This document shows, piece after piece, positions 18,049-27,598 of a DNA stretch of 64,000 nt. The stretch spans positions 9,638 to 73,637 of the forward strand of contig JAFWJE010000008.1 of assembly GCA_017511685.1 (NCBI GenBank), given 5' to 3'. The notes beneath the pieces were generated by a model that searched no databases, had not been told where the DNA came from, and saw only the letters and a program-made list of their open reading frames with translations. The translations under genes were made by a program, and so were the position numbers. Numbering within the stretch: the stretch's first letter is position 1; each line of letters begins with the position of its first letter. Origin of the DNA: Candidatus Saccharimonadota bacterium (GTDB lineage Bacteria > Patescibacteriota > Saccharimonadia > Saccharimonadales > Saccharimonadaceae).

Positions 18049-20097
18049 TTAGTTTAAGATGGTGAGCTTTTGGTAATGGAAAATGCCGGCGGATAGCTCC
18101 TGGTAATTTGTAAGGTAGGCAGGGTCTTGCTCAAGGTTTTTGACAATGGCGGCGACCTGCTTTCTGGCGGCGGCGATGAGGGCCGTATCAGAGAAGGAAG
18201 CGATGTTGAGGTCCAGTGCGCCGTGTTGGAGAGAGCCGTAAATCTCGCCGGGACCGCGGAGCCTTAAGTCTAATTCGGCTAGCTTGAAACCGCTGTCTGT
18301 GGCCTCCATGGCCTTCAAGCGGCGGGTGGGTTGGTCGGCCTTGGAAATCAGATAGCAGTAGCTCTGGTCCTGACCACGACCGACGCGACCCCTTAGTTGG
18401 TGGAGCTGGGCTAGGCCGTAATTTTCCGCATCCTCTATCACCATAACAGTGGCGTTTGGCACGTTGACGCCGACCTCCACGACAGTAGTGGAAACCAAAA
18501 TGTCAATCTTGCCGGCCGCAAACTTGCTCATAATTTCGTCTTTTTCAGCGGGCTTCATCTTGCCGTGGAGAAACTCAATGCGCTGTTTCTGAAACAATTC
18601 CTGGAGCTTTTTGGCTTGACGCTTAACAGAGGCGACCTCAGATGAGGTGCCAGTATCCTCAATAGCGCGACAAATCCAGTAAATCTGGTGGTTTTTTGCG
18701 ATTTCCTGGTGAATTTTGGGGTAGAGGGTGGCTTTTTTGTCGGTTTCTTTTATTACTTTGGTTTCAATTTTTTGGCGACCCTTTGGCAGCTCGCTGATGG
18801 TGGAAATGTCTAAATCGCCAAAAACGGTGAGCTGGAGAGAGCGCGGAATAGGGGTGGCGGTCATAGATAACAGATGCGGGGCGAGGTTTCTTGGCGTTTT
18901 TAAGAGGAGTTTCTGGCGCTGTTTGACCCCAAAACGGTGCTGTTCGTCAATGATACAGAGGGCGAGATTATGAAAAATCGTGTCATCGGTGAGGATGGCG
19001 TGGGTGCCGATGATGAGGTCGGCGGTGCCGGTGGCTATCTGTTCTTTGACGGTTTCTTTGTGCTTGGTGGCACCGATTAGAAGCGCAGTTTTGACCCCTA
19101 AGGGGCTTAAAATCTTGTCTAAGCCCTCGGCGTGCTGGGTGGCCAAGATAGACGTAGGCGCAATTAAAGCCACCTGAGCACCGCTCTTAATGGCCTGGAA
19201 GGCCGCTATGGCAGCCACGACAGTCTTGCCGGAGCCAACATCCCCTTGTAACAGGCGGCTCATAGGCGTGGTTTTTTCCAAATCTTGGAGAATGTCCCAG
19301 GTGGCGCGCTTTTGGGCGTCTGTGAGGGTGAAAGGGAGGGTTTTTAGGAGAGCCTTGGTGTTTTTAGCCTCAAATTTGAGCGGGGCGGCGCGGAGCTTTT
19401 TAGCGGCGGCCTTAGAGAGGGCGGAGGCTAAGATGAGGCCCAGGAGCTCCTCGTAGGCGAGGTATTTTCTGGCGGCTTCTGCTTCCCTTTCCGTATCTGG
19501 GAAATGGGCGGAATAGAGCGCGTCTTTTCTGGCGGCGGGCCGCACAAAACTGGGGGCGTTTTCTAGTGGCAGGAGGTCTGGAATTTGGTTGAACTGCGGG
19601 CGGAGTCTATCAAAAAACTTGACGAATTGCTGAGATTTGACACCGGACCTCTGGGGATAAACGGGATGGAGGTGGCTGGTTTCGGCGGCGACATCCTCGG
19701 CTAGAATAGCGGAGGGGTTTTGGAGCTGGTATTTATTAGCCTTGAAGGCGTATTCTCCGGTAAAATAGTATTCTTTTTTCTCGTCAAATTGCTTGACGCG
19801 GTAGGGCTGATTGAACCAAACGGCTTTGATGCTGCCGGTTTCATCAGCGATGGTGCCACTCGTGATAGTGAAATTGCGGCGACGAGTATAGACGGTCTTT
19901 AAGTCTGCGATTTTACCCTTGATGATGACCTTGCCGGGCTTTAGATCGGCGATTTTGACGGCAGTCTGGTAGTTTTCGTAATCTCTAGGCAGAAAATATA
20001 GCAAATCGCGGACGGTGATGATGCCGGATTTTTTGAGGCTCTCGGCGGTTTTTTCGCCGATGCCTTTTATAGCGGTGACCTCCTGGTATAAATCCAT
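18049..20097 (-). CDS. recG: ATP-dependent DNA helicase RecG
   Basis: QGDVGSGKT, DEQHRFG, TATPIPRSL, QLRGRVGRG; start moved to ATG 20097. Confidence 0.97.
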   Translation of the reverse strand: MDLYQEVTAIKGIGEKTAESLKKSGIITVRDLLYFLPRDYENYQTAVKIADLKPGKVIIKGKIADLKTVYTRRRNFTITSGTIADETGSIKAVWFNQPYRVKQFDEKKEYYFTGEYAFKANKYQLQNPSAILAEDVAAETSHLHPVYPQRSGVKSQQFVKFFDRLRPQFNQIPDLLPLENAPSFVRPAARKDALYSAHFPDTEREAEAARKYLAYEELLGLILASALSKAAAKKLRAAPLKFEAKNTKALLKTLPFTLTDAQKRATWDILQDLEKTTPMSRLLQGDVGSGKTVVAAIAAFQAIKSGAQVALIAPTSILATQHAEGLDKILSPLGVKTALLIGATKHKETVKEQIATGTADLIIGTHAILTDDTIFHNLALCIIDEQHRFGVKQRQKLLLKTPRNLAPHLLSMTATPIPRSLQLTVFGDLDISTISELPKGRQKIETKVIKETDKKATLYPKIHQEIAKNHQIYWICRAIEDTGTSSEVASVKRQAKKLQELFQKQRIEFLHGKMKPAEKDEIMSKFAAGKIDILVSTTVVEVGVNVPNATVMVIEDAENYGLAQLHQLRGRVGRGQDQSYCYLISKADQPTRRLKAMEATDSGFKLAELDLRLRGPGEIYGSLQHGALDLNIASFSDTALIAAARKQVAAIVKNLEQDPAYLTNYQELSAGIFHYQKLTILN

Positions 20098-20111
20098 AAG
20101 TACATTATAAT

Positions 20112-20140
20112 AAAAAAGGTCGCTTTTTGCGACCTTTTTT
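20112..20140. terminator. Bidirectional intrinsic terminator
   Basis: AAAAAAGGTCGC-TTTTT-GCGACCTTTTTT. Confidence 0.85.
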
Positions 20141-20263
20141 GTGCTTTGCGCTGAAGCGCGCCCACCCTGGGGCACATTGTTTTGTTTTAATCCGCTGTTT
20201 TTGTTTTTGAGTCTCCACACTCCACTAACTTAGCAGTGGAACCCCTGTGAAGCGTTTCAGCTT
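20112..20263 (-). ncRNA. Candidate small RNA
   Basis: TTGACA(20298-93)-17-TACAAT(20275-70) promoter; 5'/3' closing helix; terminator GGTCGC-AAAAA-GCGACC-T6. Confidence 0.5.
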
Positions 20264-20554
20264 ATGCTTATTGTAAGCTTAAGCGACGATTTTGTCAAGA
20301 GGTTTATTTAGCCCATTCTGAATACTTATGCTTGTATTTCAATTTTGGCTTTGTTATAATGGTTTTACAAGACGTCCGCGGAGAAGCTAAAATCTTACCA
20401 ATTCTAGCTTGAACAACCTCGGCTTACGGCCGTGCGAGCTTGTACCCGGTTTATATTATTAAACTAAACAGGAGTTCGTATGGACGGATACTTGAAATCT
20501 TTGCCAAAAAAGCCTACAATAAGCATAAGTAAAATATTTAATCAGGAGCGATTA

Positions 20555-20740
20555 ATGTCGCCAACAAAAATTACTACTAAAAATCCCGTAGATGTTACTA
20601 ATTGGACGCGAGAAAAATTAGCTTCACATCTTGACGAAAGATTTTTGGAGTTAAAAAGTGCGCAAGCTTCTGATTCGCTTTTAACAATAGAGGAGGCTCG
20701 CCGCGATTTCAAACAGAGGTTGGCCTCCTATAATGTATAA
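20555..20740 (+). CDS. Putative type II antitoxin
   Basis: AGGAG SD; ends LLTIEEARRDFK; overlaps a downstream ParE/RelE-like ORF; alternative start at 20480. Confidence 0.55.
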   Translation: MSPTKITTKNPVDVTNWTREKLASHLDERFLELKSAQASDSLLTIEEARRDFKQRLASYNV

Positions 20741-20879
20741 TGTAAAATTATTACCTTCTGCCAAACAAGATATTGACAGAATATTCTTTTATATCGCTGA
20801 CGATTTAGCGAAACAGAAAAAAGAAGTTGTGGTAACTGCAGTAGTTTACTCGCGTAGAAATTTGAACAAAATAATTTAG
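20733..20879 (+). pseudogene. ParE/RelE-family toxin remnant with internal deletion
   Basis: MYNVKLLPSAKQDIDRIFFYIADDL joined directly to KKEVVVTAVVYSRRNL; 48 aa versus about 95-100 aa for the family. Confidence 0.7.
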
Positions 20880-20916
20880 AGCCCTTTTAGGCTGGTTTTT
20901 TGGACAATTAGACCAA

Positions 20917-20952
20917 ACCTTATGCTTTATTTTACAGGGAAAATGTGTTATA
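20917..20952 (+). repeat. 36-bp inverted repeat, left copy (overlaps obgE promoter)
   Basis: ACCTTATGCTTTATTTTACAGGGAAAATGTGTTATA; 35/36 identical to reverse complement of 22977-23012. Confidence 0.9.
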
Positions 20953-20963
20953 ATTAAGGTACT

Positions 20964-22286
20964 ATGTTTGTTGACACTGCCAAAGTTACCGTAAAAGCTG
21001 GTAAAGGCGGCGATGGCGCCGTCTCGTTTCGGCATGAAATTTATATTCCTAAAGGCGGCCCGGACGGTGGTGACGGTGGCCGCGGCGGCTCGGTGATTTT
21101 CAAAGCAGACAAAGACACCAACACGCTCCTAGATTTTCGCTATAATCCGATTTTGACCGCCGAGGATGGCAAAAATGGTGCCGGCCAGCGCTCTGCCGGC
21201 CACTCCGGCAAAGACCTTGTCGTAGAAGTTCCTATTGGCACCATAGTCTATCGCGATGGTCAGCCTATCGCCGATTTAACCCATGATGGCGAAACCGCCG
21301 TCATCGCTAAAGGTGGCGACGGTGGTTTTGGTAATGCGCATTTTAAGTCCAGCACCCGCCAGGCCCCTAGAATCGCCGAAGTCGGCGAGCCGGGCGAGGA
21401 GTTTGAGGCTGAGCTAGAATTAAAGCTCCTGGCCGATGTCGGCTTGGTCGGCTTGCCCAATGCCGGTAAGTCTACTTTTCTTTCTGTCGTCACTAACGCC
21501 AAGCCAGAAATCGCCGACTATCCTTTTACCACCATCACGCCTAACCTTGGCGTCGCCACCGTCGATGGCAAAGACCTCCTTATCGCCGACATCCCTGGTC
21601 TAATTGAAGGCGCCTCCGAGGGTAAGGGCTTGGGTCACGCTTTTCTGCGCCACGTTGACCGCACTGCAGTTTTGCTCCACTTAATTGATGCTTATGCCGA
21701 CGATGCCGGCCAAGCTTATGAAACCATCCGTCACGAGTTGGCCAAATATCACGATTTGAAAAATCGCCCAGAAATTGTCGCGCTGACCAAGACTGAGGGC
21801 TTAGATGCCGACATTATTGAGCTTCAAAAGCAAAGCATCCTTGCTAAAAATCCCGATGCCACAATTTATGCCATTTCTTCTGCCGCCCACCAGGGTCTTA
21901 CCGAGCTACTTCGCGCTTTGAAGCAAACGGCGGAGCAGACGGCAAAAGAAGCGCAGCCTAAAACTCCGGCTGATTTGCAGACTAGTAGCAGCCAAGCAAA
22001 CGGTCAAGCAGCTGACGAGCCTCTTCCGGTCATTTCCCTTAGCCCTAAGGCACTGAAAGATACTTGGACTGTTGAGCAGCAGGGCGATAAGTTCATCGTC
22101 AAAGGCGAAAAAATCGAAAAATTTACCCGCCGCACCGACCTTAATAATTATGCTTCCTTGAACCGCCTTCGCGATATTATGAAAAAACTCGGCATCCGCG
22201 CCGAGCTGACCACCAGAGGTGCCAAAGATGATTCTATCATCGAAATCGCCGGCAAAGAGTTCACCCTTGTCGAGGAGGACTGGTAA
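20964..22286 (+). CDS. obgE: GTPase ObgE/CgtA
   Basis: Gly-rich Obg fold, GLPNAGKST, DYPFTT, DIPG, C-terminal OCT domain. Confidence 0.97.
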   Translation: MFVDTAKVTVKAGKGGDGAVSFRHEIYIPKGGPDGGDGGRGGSVIFKADKDTNTLLDFRYNPILTAEDGKNGAGQRSAGHSGKDLVVEVPIGTIVYRDGQPIADLTHDGETAVIAKGGDGGFGNAHFKSSTRQAPRIAEVGEPGEEFEAELELKLLADVGLVGLPNAGKSTFLSVVTNAKPEIADYPFTTITPNLGVATVDGKDLLIADIPGLIEGASEGKGLGHAFLRHVDRTAVLLHLIDAYADDAGQAYETIRHELAKYHDLKNRPEIVALTKTEGLDADIIELQKQSILAKNPDATIYAISSAAHQGLTELLRALKQTAEQTAKEAQPKTPADLQTSSSQANGQAADEPLPVISLSPKALKDTWTVEQQGDKFIVKGEKIEKFTRRTDLNNYASLNRLRDIMKKLGIRAELTTRGAKDDSIIEIAGKEFTLVEEDW

Positions 22287-22966
22287 TGCCAAAAATTAAA
22301 TTCACTATTATCACCCTATTCCAAGAAGCCCTGGCGCCGTACCTTGATACTTCCATGATGCGAAAAGCTACCGAAAACGGCATCGCCGAGTTTAATTTTG
22401 TCAATCTCAGAGATTTTGGCCTCGGCCCGCATAAGTCTGTGGACGATACCCCTTATGGCGGTGGCGACGGTATGGTTCTACGGTGCGAGCCGGTCTATGC
22501 CGCCATCGAGAGCGTTAAAGAAAAGGATCCATCCGCCAAAGTCATCCTGCCTACGCCTGCCGGCGAGCTGTGGACTCAAACGCGCGCCAAGGCACTGGCA
22601 GGCCTTAGCGACCAAGAAAGTCAACAGCCTAGCCACTTTATTATTTTATGTCCGCACTACGAAGGTTATGACCAGCGTATTTTAGATATCGTAGACTACC
22701 CCATCTGCCTCGGCCCTTACGTTTTAACCGGTGGTGAACTTCCGGCGCTAGTCATCATTGATAGTATCGTTCGCCTTATCCCGGGCGTTTTAGGTGGCGA
22801 AACCTCCGCCGAGATTGAAAGTTTTTCTGAAGGTGACAACATTGAATACCCGCAGTACACCAAGCCTGCCGATTTTCGCGGCAAAAAAGTCCCCGACATC
22901 CTTCTCTCTGGCCATCACGAAAACGTCGCCAAGTGGCGCAAATCCCACGAAACTAGGCTCAAATAG
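22286..22966 (+). CDS. trmD: tRNA (guanine-N1)-methyltransferase
   Basis: VDDTPYGGGDGM, HYEGYDQR, VLTGGELPA, LLSGHH. Confidence 0.96.
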   Translation: MPKIKFTIITLFQEALAPYLDTSMMRKATENGIAEFNFVNLRDFGLGPHKSVDDTPYGGGDGMVLRCEPVYAAIESVKEKDPSAKVILPTPAGELWTQTRAKALAGLSDQESQQPSHFIILCPHYEGYDQRILDIVDYPICLGPYVLTGGELPALVIIDSIVRLIPGVLGGETSAEIESFSEGDNIEYPQYTKPADFRGKKVPDILLSGHHENVAKWRKSHETRLK

Positions 22967-22976
22967 CTATAAGCCA

Positions 22977-23012
22977 TATAACACATTTTCTCTGTAAAAT
23001 AAAGCATAAGGT
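22977..23012 (-). repeat. 36-bp inverted repeat, right copy
   Basis: TATAACACATTTTCTCTGTAAAATAAAGCATAAGGT. Confidence 0.9.
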
Positions 23013-24122
23013 CTAGCGGCCGTGGATGTAGGTGTAGTTGGCAGCTTCGGCGGCAGAGATGGTCTTAGATCCAACGCGACCCCAGCCGGCGATGCCATTC
23101 ATATCAGAAATCACAATAGAACCATCAGCATTGACACCGGTAACTACACCGACGTGGCCGAGCCAGCCAGCAGAAGTCTGGAATACGGCGCCATAAGCCG
23201 GGGTACGATTGACATTGAAGCCGGCGGCGCGGGCGGCGGCAGCCCAAGTATTAGCGTTGCCGAGGTTAGAAGGCAATTGGTAGTTACCGCCCATATTGTC
23301 GTGGCGCCATTGCCAAGCGTACCAAGTACACCAACCGTACGCATATTTATTACCGGAAGCATAAGAGGCGGCATAGTGATAACCAGTGGAGGCACTGCTA
23401 GTGGAGCCACCACTGTAACTATAGGAAGTGGTTGGGACGACATATTCTGGGCGTTCAGTCTCTGGTAGAATACCTCTTGGAATCAAAATCACAGTATCTG
23501 CGGCAAGATTTTGGTCTTTTTCAAGGTCATTAACGGCGATGATTTCGGCGGCGGAAGATTTATATTTGTCGGCTAGGCCGTCAACGTTTTCGCCACTCTT
23601 AACTTTGTAGGCGATGCCTGGCATAGTCGGAATTAATAAGCTCTGGCCAACGGAAACATCAGTGGTCTTAAGGCCGTTAGACCAGCGAATTTGGTCGGTA
23701 GTAATGCCGTAGCGCGCGGCGATAGCTTCTAGGTTTTCACCGTCTTTAACGGCATATTGGATAACACCGCGAGAAATGCCAGCAAGATTGACGGCGATAG
23801 GCTTCTGGATTTTACCGGAATCATCGGCGGTCTGGGAATTTTGCTGCAAGAGCGCCACTGTATCATAGTTGGTCTGCGCGAGGTTGGCAGAGGCCAGATT
23901 CATACTATCGGCCATCTCTGCAACCATATAGAATTGATTGACTTGGTCGGCAGAAATCTGAGCACCACTGGAAACGATGGAACGGACGTTCATCGTATCG
24001 TCAGAAGATGTAGTTTTGTCAAGCGAGCCAAAATAAGCCACGCCGAAAACGGCAAGGAGTACGAAAATATAGGCCCAGTTGCGTTTTAGAGAGTCTAATT
24101 TCTTGGATTTTTTTGCCGTCAT
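23013..24122 (-). CDS. LysM-LysM-CHAP peptidoglycan hydrolase
   Basis: Two LysM repeats; YAYGWCTWY, LGNANTW, GHVGVV. Confidence 0.92.
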   Translation of the reverse strand: MTAKKSKKLDSLKRNWAYIFVLLAVFGVAYFGSLDKTTSSDDTMNVRSIVSSGAQISADQVNQFYMVAEMADSMNLASANLAQTNYDTVALLQQNSQTADDSGKIQKPIAVNLAGISRGVIQYAVKDGENLEAIAARYGITTDQIRWSNGLKTTDVSVGQSLLIPTMPGIAYKVKSGENVDGLADKYKSSAAEIIAVNDLEKDQNLAADTVILIPRGILPETERPEYVVPTTSYSYSGGSTSSASTGYHYAASYASGNKYAYGWCTWYAWQWRHDNMGGNYQLPSNLGNANTWAAAARAAGFNVNRTPAYGAVFQTSAGWLGHVGVVTGVNADGSIVISDMNGIAGWGRVGSKTISAAEAANYTYIHGR

Positions 24123-25735
24123 AACTGAATGCCACAGAGGTTTCTACACTTGTCGATGATATTCTGGTTGTGTTCAGCCTCTGTGTAACTATAATACATC
24201 ACACCGTCGTCTCCTGTCAAGAAGTAAAGGTAAGAGGTATCAGATGGGCTGGCGACGGCAAGCAGAGCTGATACGCCTGGATTGCAGATAGGGCCAGGAG
24301 TGAGACCAAGGGATTTTCTGGTATTATACGGGTTGTCTAATTCTAATGCGGCAACGTTATCGGTGTAGATTTCACGGTTTGGATCGACTAAATCTAGGGC
24401 GTATTGTAGAGTAACGTCAGAACCTAGTTGGATATTCTGGGCGATACGAGAGTAAAATACTTGAGCTACCTTTGGCTGCTCGCTCCAATCAGAAGCTTCA
24501 CGTTGAACGATGGAGGCTAGAGTAATCCCCTGGTACAAGGTCAAATCTCTGGCGGCATATTTATTAATAAGATCGTTTCCGGAGACGGTTTCCCACATCG
24601 CTTCTAGCGCAGTGATGATGATTTTTTCAACGCTGTCGGTCTTATAAAATTCATAGGTATCGCCAAAGAGGAAACCTTCTAGTGGCTCGGCGCCGTATTG
24701 GTTGCTGACTGGTGCGGTCTCTAGAAGCTTTCGGATGTTGCTGCTTTCGTCGCGGTAATTTTTGGCGAAGGCAGCCTCTACTTCAGCGGTGGAATAACCA
24801 ACTTTAATGAGGTCTTGTTTAATATCTCTCACTGTCTCGCCTGGGCGAATCATGAAGCTAAAGACATTGGGATTTTTAGCACCCTCTTTGAGTTGGGTAG
24901 CGATAGCTTTAACGTCCATAGTGCGGCGGAATTGATAATCGCCGATTTTGACTTGATCGGCGTAACCATTAGTGCGCATATAAATCTGAAAAGCAAAAGA
25001 ACTTTTAATGAGGCCGGCAGATTCTAGCCCGTCACCGATAATTTCGACGGTGTCGCCATCATTGACGGTGAAATCAATGAAATCACAGCGCGTATCGCCT
25101 TCTAAATCATTGCAATTAGGAACATCATAAATAGCGCCCAGTGCGGAATTATACCAAGAGAAAGCTACTAGACCGCCGATGCCGGTGGCGAGCACTAATA
25201 CTAGCAAGATGGCAACGAATTTTTTGAGCATACTGGAATTCCCTTCTTTTTTAGCCTTTACAACTTGGCGATCGGCAGAGGTGGCATTATAGCGCGTGGT
25301 GCTCTGGGTGAGTCCGCTTTTATCGCCGGCGACAGCTAGATTCTCAATGAAATCTTGGAGGATGATGGCGGCGGCTTCAGAATCAATTTCTTCTTTTTTG
25401 TAGGCTTTTTTGCGAGATTTTAGACGATTCTCGGCCTCCACAGAAGTGAGGCTTTCGTCCTGAAACTTAATCTTAGCATCAGGGACGACTTGCTTTAGCT
25501 GACGGGCAAAGGCCTTGACGTATTCAGATTGCCTAGTTTCATTACCTTCATTACTGCGCGGTAAGCCTAGAACAAACCAATTGGTGTTATGTGCGCGAGC
25601 TAGGCGGGCGATTTCGGTGTATTCATAGCCATTATTAACAGTAATGGTAGTGCCGGGTACCGCGATGCGTACTGCACTATCAGCAGTAGCAACGCCAATG
25701 CGTCTGGTTCCAACGTCTAAGCCGATGATTTTCAT
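24119..25735 (-). CDS. RuvX/YqgF nuclease fused to endolytic transglycosylase MltG
   Basis: N-term IIGLDVGTRRIGVA...QDESLTS...IDSEAAAIILQ; then TM, LEGFLFGDTY, LASIVQRE, NPYNT, PGPICNPG, YLYF. Confidence 0.9.
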   Translation of the reverse strand: MKIIGLDVGTRRIGVATADSAVRIAVPGTTITVNNGYEYTEIARLARAHNTNWFVLGLPRSNEGNETRQSEYVKAFARQLKQVVPDAKIKFQDESLTSVEAENRLKSRKKAYKKEEIDSEAAAIILQDFIENLAVAGDKSGLTQSTTRYNATSADRQVVKAKKEGNSSMLKKFVAILLVLVLATGIGGLVAFSWYNSALGAIYDVPNCNDLEGDTRCDFIDFTVNDGDTVEIIGDGLESAGLIKSSFAFQIYMRTNGYADQVKIGDYQFRRTMDVKAIATQLKEGAKNPNVFSFMIRPGETVRDIKQDLIKVGYSTAEVEAAFAKNYRDESSNIRKLLETAPVSNQYGAEPLEGFLFGDTYEFYKTDSVEKIIITALEAMWETVSGNDLINKYAARDLTLYQGITLASIVQREASDWSEQPKVAQVFYSRIAQNIQLGSDVTLQYALDLVDPNREIYTDNVAALELDNPYNTRKSLGLTPGPICNPGVSALLAVASPSDTSYLYFLTGDDGVMYYSYTEAEHNQNIIDKCRNLCGIQL

Positions 25736-25736
25736 G

Positions 25737-27488
25737 TTACTCCTCCACTTTTAGTTCAATGGTGATTTTATTTGGATCTGATGGGACTTTATTTACCCAG
25801 AAGAATGAAGTTTTAATATTGACCGAGCTGACGCCGTTAATGGACTTTAATAATGATTGAACTTCGCCGACTTTTTTGCCTTTGGATTTTTCTAGGATGT
25901 CTTCTTCGGTGACTTTTGGACCGATTTGAGTGGAGCTTTTGAGTTTGGCGGCGTAGTCGCCTTTATCCGACTTGGTGAAATTCTCAAAGAATGGCTTATC
26001 TACGGCGTAAATCCTCTGGTCTGATGGTAGGTTTTGGCCGGCTTTATCCTTAATGAAAGTCTCTAGCGCAGTCTTGTCGACGGCATAAAGAGTGTAAGTG
26101 GTAGTAGCCTCAATTTTTGGCGTAACACCAGATTTTACTTCCTCGCCGACAGCTGGAGTGGATTTTGGATCGGAGGTGTTAACTTCTAGACTGGAGTCAA
26201 TGATGACCATATCCTCGCCGAATTGATTTTTAAGTTCAGATTTACCGTCTTCTTTACTAGTGTTTTCTAACTTTTCTTTGGCTTTATTGAAATCTTCTTC
26301 GGAAACGACGGTGACCATATTAGTGGTGCCGCCAGCGAAAGCAGAAGGATTGTAAATCTTGTATGATTTAGTCATACTAGTGTCGGCATTAGTGCTCCAA
26401 CCAGAATCATGCACGCCGATATTATAATCTGCGCCGGAATTATCAGCCTGGACCGTTACTTTAGCGGTCCGCAGACAACCCTCACGAGAGAATTTGTCGC
26501 TGTTGTAATTTTCACATTCTTTGTCAGACTCTGGGTAAGAGACAGAAGCGCCGGCGGTGACCGTATAAGAAAGGTTGCCATAGGTAAATTTAGTGCCGTC
26601 TATAATGCGAAGTGGAATACCTTCTGCATCGGCATTAAGATAGGCAGCAACAAGCAGTGCACCGGTAGCTTTTTCGCCGATGTCTTTTTGACCGGTGGCG
26701 GTGAACTCAACAGAGTTTGATTTTTCTACTTTTTTCTGCTCTAGTAAGAACTTTCCTTCTTGGACGTTTTCAGTGCCGACCTTAGTGACAAAACTGACAT
26801 TTTCAGAAAAATTATTAGCTGTAGTGCGAATAGCGACAGAAATAGTGGCGGCCGGTGCAAACACGATAGCCCAGACTAAGAATACTACAATAACGACAAA
26901 AGCCGAGGCGCCAATAATAATCCACTTACGATATTTTTCAAAGACAGGGATGTTGCCGTCTTTATTTTTATCTTTTTTGCTACCGGATTTTTTCTCGTCT
27001 TTTTCAAGGTCGTCGGAAGAGATGTCTTGGTCGGCCTTATTACGGGCGGCGGGTCCTGTCGCAGACGTAGGATGTCGCTCCGCATCCGTTCTGAGGGCAC
27101 CGGTCGCACCGCCCGCCGTCGCGACACCTGACGCCTGATCATCATCAAAATCACTTTCGTTAATGGTCTGTTCTTTAGAGTCATCTGTAGCGGTTTCATC
27201 CTCGATGATTTCGGATGGAAGTTTAGGGCGAGACTGCAGAGTTTTGGCTACTGGGAGGCCAGCGGCCGCGGCAAGTTTAATCAGTGACTGGTCTGTAGTG
27301 ACAATAACGGCAACTTTTTCCGACTGGCGGGCGGCTTTAGCGATAAGTTTAGTATTGACAGCGCTCCGTAATACTCCGATTTTCTTTGGCGGAACTAATG
27401 CCACGAGTTTTTGTTTGGCGTTTTTTATCCGAGCGATGATATCGGTAATATCGTCTTCCGGCTCAATATAAACAACATCCTTATTCAT
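25737..27488 (-). CDS. Membrane protein with baseplate-J-like extracellular region (CPR-type conserved protein)
   Basis: YIEPEDDITDII N-domain, TM helix, TGQKDIGEKATG and AFAGGT motifs. Confidence 0.6.
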   Translation of the reverse strand: MNKDVVYIEPEDDITDIIARIKNAKQKLVALVPPKKIGVLRSAVNTKLIAKAARQSEKVAVIVTTDQSLIKLAAAAGLPVAKTLQSRPKLPSEIIEDETATDDSKEQTINESDFDDDQASGVATAGGATGALRTDAERHPTSATGPAARNKADQDISSDDLEKDEKKSGSKKDKNKDGNIPVFEKYRKWIIIGASAFVVIVVFLVWAIVFAPAATISVAIRTTANNFSENVSFVTKVGTENVQEGKFLLEQKKVEKSNSVEFTATGQKDIGEKATGALLVAAYLNADAEGIPLRIIDGTKFTYGNLSYTVTAGASVSYPESDKECENYNSDKFSREGCLRTAKVTVQADNSGADYNIGVHDSGWSTNADTSMTKSYKIYNPSAFAGGTTNMVTVVSEEDFNKAKEKLENTSKEDGKSELKNQFGEDMVIIDSSLEVNTSDPKSTPAVGEEVKSGVTPKIEATTTYTLYAVDKTALETFIKDKAGQNLPSDQRIYAVDKPFFENFTKSDKGDYAAKLKSSTQIGPKVTEEDILEKSKGKKVGEVQSLLKSINGVSSVNIKTSFFWVNKVPSDPNKITIELKVEE

Positions 27489-27598
27489 ATTATATATAAT
27501 ATCATACTTTATCGCGTTTGTGGTAAAAAATAAAATATCTATGGTAAAAATCGTGCCGGTTATGGTAAAAATCATAATGTTTGTGGTAAAATATACGT

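Noticed and set aside
20098-20220. N-terminal extension of RecG from GTG 20220
   Set aside because: It crosses a terminator, and recG has a TATAAT just upstream of ATG 20097
25737-27488. Prophage or contractile-system baseplate gene
   Set aside because: No other phage structural genes are nearby; it is membrane-anchored and in an operon with mltG and the CHAP gene
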